Source: a virus
Taxonomy: Duplodnaviria; Caudoviricetes
Virus record (IMG/VR): IMGVR_UViG_3300008266_001092
Span: 1 to 25,492 of that record
Direction: 5' to 3' (one strand)
DNA: 25,492 nt
The position numbers were made by a program, and so were the translations under genes. Positions 22,279 through 25,492 of this stretch are shown here, piece by piece; positions within the stretch are counted from its first letter, which is position 1, and each line of letters opens with the position of its first letter. A model generated the notes under the pieces. That model had not been told where the DNA came from, ran no database searches, and saw only the letters and a list, made by a program, of their open reading frames with translations.

Positions 22279-25112
22279 GTTTACTTCGTGGACTAGCTGA
22301 CATCGGCGTACAAGCCACAAAGAAAAAACCCTTCTACTCCGCTGTGGATGAGACGCTTGCTAACCTCAAGCGCAACAAGGGTACAGGCGCTGAGTTTCTA
22401 ACCGAAGTCATGAAGACCAAGGGCGTTAAGCCTGCGGAGATTGCTGATCGTAAGCTTGAGCAGGCGTTCAAGGACAAAGGCAAGATGACCAAGCAAGAGG
22501 CTCAGCAAGTCTTAGCTGATAACCCTCCACCTCAAGTTAGTGAGCGCCATCTTACAGAGATCAGTGACACCGAGCGCGATGACTTGTTACGAGACAGGAT
22601 CGAGACTTCTGGATATGACTCATGGGATGAGGTTCCTAGTCGTGTAATACGGAAATGGAACGAAGAGATTGATGAAGATCTTGAGAAGTACAGTGAATAC
22701 AAAACCGCTGGTGGTGAGAACTACCGCGAGATGTTATTGAAGTTACCTAAACTAGACACATCAAAAGGCGACAACAACTATTGGTCAACTCATTTTTTGC
22801 AAGACCCTAATGTTTTAGCGCACATGCGTGTGCAAGACAGGCTTATTCCCCAGCCCCCACAAAAGGGCTTCTATGTTGTCAACAATACGTCTGGCAGGAA
22901 ATCACAGATGTTTAATACGCCTGAAGAGTTGCAGGCTTATGTTGAGACTTTGCCTGAGAACATACGCAACAACGTAACGATGGCACAGGGTGAGCAAAAG
23001 ACTCCGCCTAAAAAGATCTTGCAGGTTGAAGAGATCCAATCTGACTGGCATCAAACTGGTCGCAAGAAGGGATACAAGCCCGATGACTACATAGAGCAAA
23101 GCAATGCGCTTGAAAAAGAATTTAAAGATTTAGTTAACAAGCGCGGTCAACTTCGTGATGAAGCTGAGCGCATAGGTTATCGAGGCGAAGGACACAGAGC
23201 CTTAGTTGATGAGGCAAACATCATCACCCCCAAGCTCATGCAGTTGCAAGAGCAAAGGGACGAGTTGCAGAACATCATCAATTACGGTGTACCTGACGCT
23301 CCATTTAAAAAGAACTGGCACGAGCTGGCTATGAAACGCCTACTTAACTACGCCGCTGAGAATGGATACGACAGTATTGCAATCTCGCCGGGTGCCGAGC
23401 AATTCAGGCGCTACGGCAGTGAACGCATCGATTGGAAGAAGAGCGACGACGGTTGGACTGTAGGAGCCAAAGAGCAATACGGTGGCGGATACGGCAATGA
23501 AGACATTGAAAATCTAGCTCGTGATCGCGGTATATTGCTTGAGAGGGGTGGCGATCCAGTCAAGACAAAAGAAGACCTGCACCGAATCATGAGCATAGTC
23601 ATGCGTCGTGATAACACTAAAGAGCAAATAGATAAGCTCACGAACCGCGTATGGGATCGTATGCAGACGGAACCAGAAGGTACATCCTTACCCCGAAAGG
23701 AAGGTATGGAAGGCTTTTACGACAAGATGCTGACCGACTACCTAAACACTTTTGGCGATAAATACGGCGCCAAGGTTGAGATGAACAGTATTCCTGTATC
23801 CACCAGAGACCCTAAGAGCACATCTTGGGGCGGTGGTATGCGTGGTGATCACCCATTCATTACCGTCCAAGACCTCAATGAACCATTTGATGGCATGGTA
23901 GATCTGATGAGGCGTGATCCAGAAACTGGCGAAGAAACTTTAGTTGGCAGAATGGCAAGGGCGGACTCTGAGCGTCTCATGGCTGAAGAGCTTCAGAAGC
24001 TGGACACGTTTAACCAGATCAAGCTCCACAACTTCCCCATCACACCAGAGATGCGTGAATCCATCAAGCAGAAGGGTCTACCCCTGTACCAACAGGTTGG
24101 CATCCCAACGGCTGGCGCTGGCGCGGCATCTCAAATGCTTGAGCCTCAAGAAGAGCCTGAATACAGCAAGGGCGGATCAATTGCCAAGATGGCGGCTCTT
24201 GCTAAGATGAAGAAGATGAAGGAAGAGATGGCGCCTAGAGCTGAGGCTGTTAAAGCTTTGATCGCTAGGGATCAGAACAGATACCTTGCCGACGTTGTCC
24301 CTAACTCACTGACAAACGCTGAGATCAAGGCAGAGATTGAGCGTATGGCGGCTAAAGCCCCAATGATCATGAAGCCTAGCGCATTGACTGAGCTAAAGAA
24401 GATTGTCCAGCAAGAGAAGGGTGGCTACGGCGCAAGGCGTGTAGAACGTGCGTCTGACGAAGTGCCAAACCTTGAGAACCTGTACAACCTAGATGCGCTC
24501 AAAGAACGGTTTCTAGGCGACAACGCCAAAGCGTTGATGACCATGAGTCCAGCGGACTTTGAGAAGTTTGCGTCTGAGTTGCAAGGTAAGACAAGCGTAG
24601 GCCCAAAGGCGGCGGAGTCAGCCAAGCAGGGCGAAATTACTAAGTACACCGTACCAACAAATGAGTATGTCAAACACCTTGAGCGAATTGCTATGTTTGA
24701 TAGCGTTCCTTACCTTAACTTGGCAAAAGAAGAAGTTGGTCTGCCATTACTCCCCTACATTTCAGGTCATGAAGGTCGCCACCGCAGTAGAGCGTTGGCT
24801 GGCAGGGGTGAGAAGAGTAACTTGGTTGGTATAACCCCAACAATGGATCTGCGTGAGGGATTGCCACGGCGCTCTCAAGAAGAATTTATTGAGGCGATGA
24901 AAAAAGAATTAGAGTTGTCTGGTGGTTTGGTGTTGCCACAATCCGAGCCTATGCTTGGTGGTCGCCCACCAATTATTCTGCCTGATGTCTACGCTAAAGG
25001 TGGCGCAGTTAAACCAAAAGTTAAAGACGCAAAAAGCGGCAAGGTTACAATGACCAAGAACCGCGATACTATGTTCATGGAACTGAGCAACAAGAAGCTC
25101 AAAAGGAAATAA
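22275..25112 (+). CDS. large polyvalent protein B: 'FYSA..EEIQSDWHQ' domain plus ParB/Srx-like domain
   Basis: GAGGAG RBS; motifs PFYSAV, LAHMR, VEEIQSDWHQ, VPDAPFK, GFYD; ISGHEGRHR..AL; YSKGG and YAKGG linkers. Confidence 0.8.
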   Translation: MSLLRGLADIGVQATKKKPFYSAVDETLANLKRNKGTGAEFLTEVMKTKGVKPAEIADRKLEQAFKDKGKMTKQEAQQVLADNPPPQVSERHLTEISDTERDDLLRDRIETSGYDSWDEVPSRVIRKWNEEIDEDLEKYSEYKTAGGENYREMLLKLPKLDTSKGDNNYWSTHFLQDPNVLAHMRVQDRLIPQPPQKGFYVVNNTSGRKSQMFNTPEELQAYVETLPENIRNNVTMAQGEQKTPPKKILQVEEIQSDWHQTGRKKGYKPDDYIEQSNALEKEFKDLVNKRGQLRDEAERIGYRGEGHRALVDEANIITPKLMQLQEQRDELQNIINYGVPDAPFKKNWHELAMKRLLNYAAENGYDSIAISPGAEQFRRYGSERIDWKKSDDGWTVGAKEQYGGGYGNEDIENLARDRGILLERGGDPVKTKEDLHRIMSIVMRRDNTKEQIDKLTNRVWDRMQTEPEGTSLPRKEGMEGFYDKMLTDYLNTFGDKYGAKVEMNSIPVSTRDPKSTSWGGGMRGDHPFITVQDLNEPFDGMVDLMRRDPETGEETLVGRMARADSERLMAEELQKLDTFNQIKLHNFPITPEMRESIKQKGLPLYQQVGIPTAGAGAASQMLEPQEEPEYSKGGSIAKMAALAKMKKMKEEMAPRAEAVKALIARDQNRYLADVVPNSLTNAEIKAEIERMAAKAPMIMKPSALTELKKIVQQEKGGYGARRVERASDEVPNLENLYNLDALKERFLGDNAKALMTMSPADFEKFASELQGKTSVGPKAAESAKQGEITKYTVPTNEYVKHLERIAMFDSVPYLNLAKEEVGLPLLPYISGHEGRHRSRALAGRGEKSNLVGITPTMDLREGLPRRSQEEFIEAMKKELELSGGLVLPQSEPMLGGRPPIILPDVYAKGGAVKPKVKDAKSGKVTMTKNRDTMFMELSNKKLKRK

Positions 25113-25115
25113 GCT

Positions 25116-25492
25116 ATGGCGACACAATTCCCACAAGACCAAAACGCTGGTCGTTTTATCGACGGGTTAAAGAACGAACAGGTCGATGAGGACGAAGGCA
25201 TTGAGTATGAGATGCCCCCAGAAGACGCTGAGGTCGAGGAGTTGCCTGACGGCTCTGCCATTGTTCGCATGGAGAGCAAGGGGCCCATGGAGGACGAAGA
25301 CTTCTACGCCAATTTGGCAGAAGAGATTGACCCCTATGACCTGAACAAGATTGCCCTGCGGTACATGGACTTGGTCGAGAACGACAAGAAGTCTCGAGAG
25401 GAGCGCGACAAGAAGTACGAAGAGGGATTGAAGCGTACGGGCATGGGGAATGATGCCCCCGGCGGTGCTACCTTCATGGGCGCCAGCAAGGT
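25116..25492 (+). CDS. portal protein, 5' partial
   Basis: Open to the window end: MATQFPQD...EELPDGSAIV...FYANLAE...DKKSREE..KKYEEGLKRTG; AAGGA RBS; acidic N-terminus of podovirus-type portals. Confidence 0.75.
   Translation, partial: MATQFPQDQNAGRFIDGLKNEQVDEDEGIEYEMPPEDAEVEELPDGSAIVRMESKGPMEDEDFYANLAEEIDPYDLNKIALRYMDLVENDKKSREERDKKYEEGLKRTGMGNDAPGGATFMGASK

Noticed and set aside
15389-25288. Many minus-strand ORFs of 60-190 aa opposite terminase, polyvalent and portal genes
   Set aside because: Fully overlap well-supported plus-strand genes and lack protein-like features.
1-25492. Stop-codon reassignment as the cause of split genes
   Set aside because: The breaks change frame, and all three stop codons end genes normally.
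1-25492. tRNA, rRNA, integrase, transposase, reverse transcriptase, intein
   Set aside because: None recognised by eye; terL has normal length. Not checked computationally.

Overview
A 25.5-kb segment of a tailed dsDNA phage genome, podovirus-like. The short-ORF families resemble uncultured freshwater phages of Betaproteobacteria (host is inference). Left to right: the end of the virion operon (internal/ejection proteins, an SLT lytic transglycosylase) and its terminator; a leftward early operon (PD-(D/E)XK nuclease, SSB-like protein, small ORFs); a divergent control region with one Cro/YdaS-like gene and no cI or integrase; a lambdoid replication/nin-like region (structured RNA leader, YdaU/DUF1376 initiator with iterons, RusA, Ref/HNH-like); an AT-richer phosphoesterase/HEXXH module between 10-bp direct repeats; repeated early-promoter cassettes; terS and terL; 7.6 kb of multi-domain proteins; and the 5' end of the portal gene. 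Main candidate system: the terL-portal proteins look like polyproteins of unrelated effector modules (PcfJ-like, ParB-like, unknown), separated by a recurring [YMLK]-x-x-G-G linker and sharing a ~22-aa tag, suggesting protease-processed, packaged cargo. Three frame breaks in putative virion genes look like short out-of-frame deletions, each followed by an ATG. Family assignments are from motif recognition; no searches were run.
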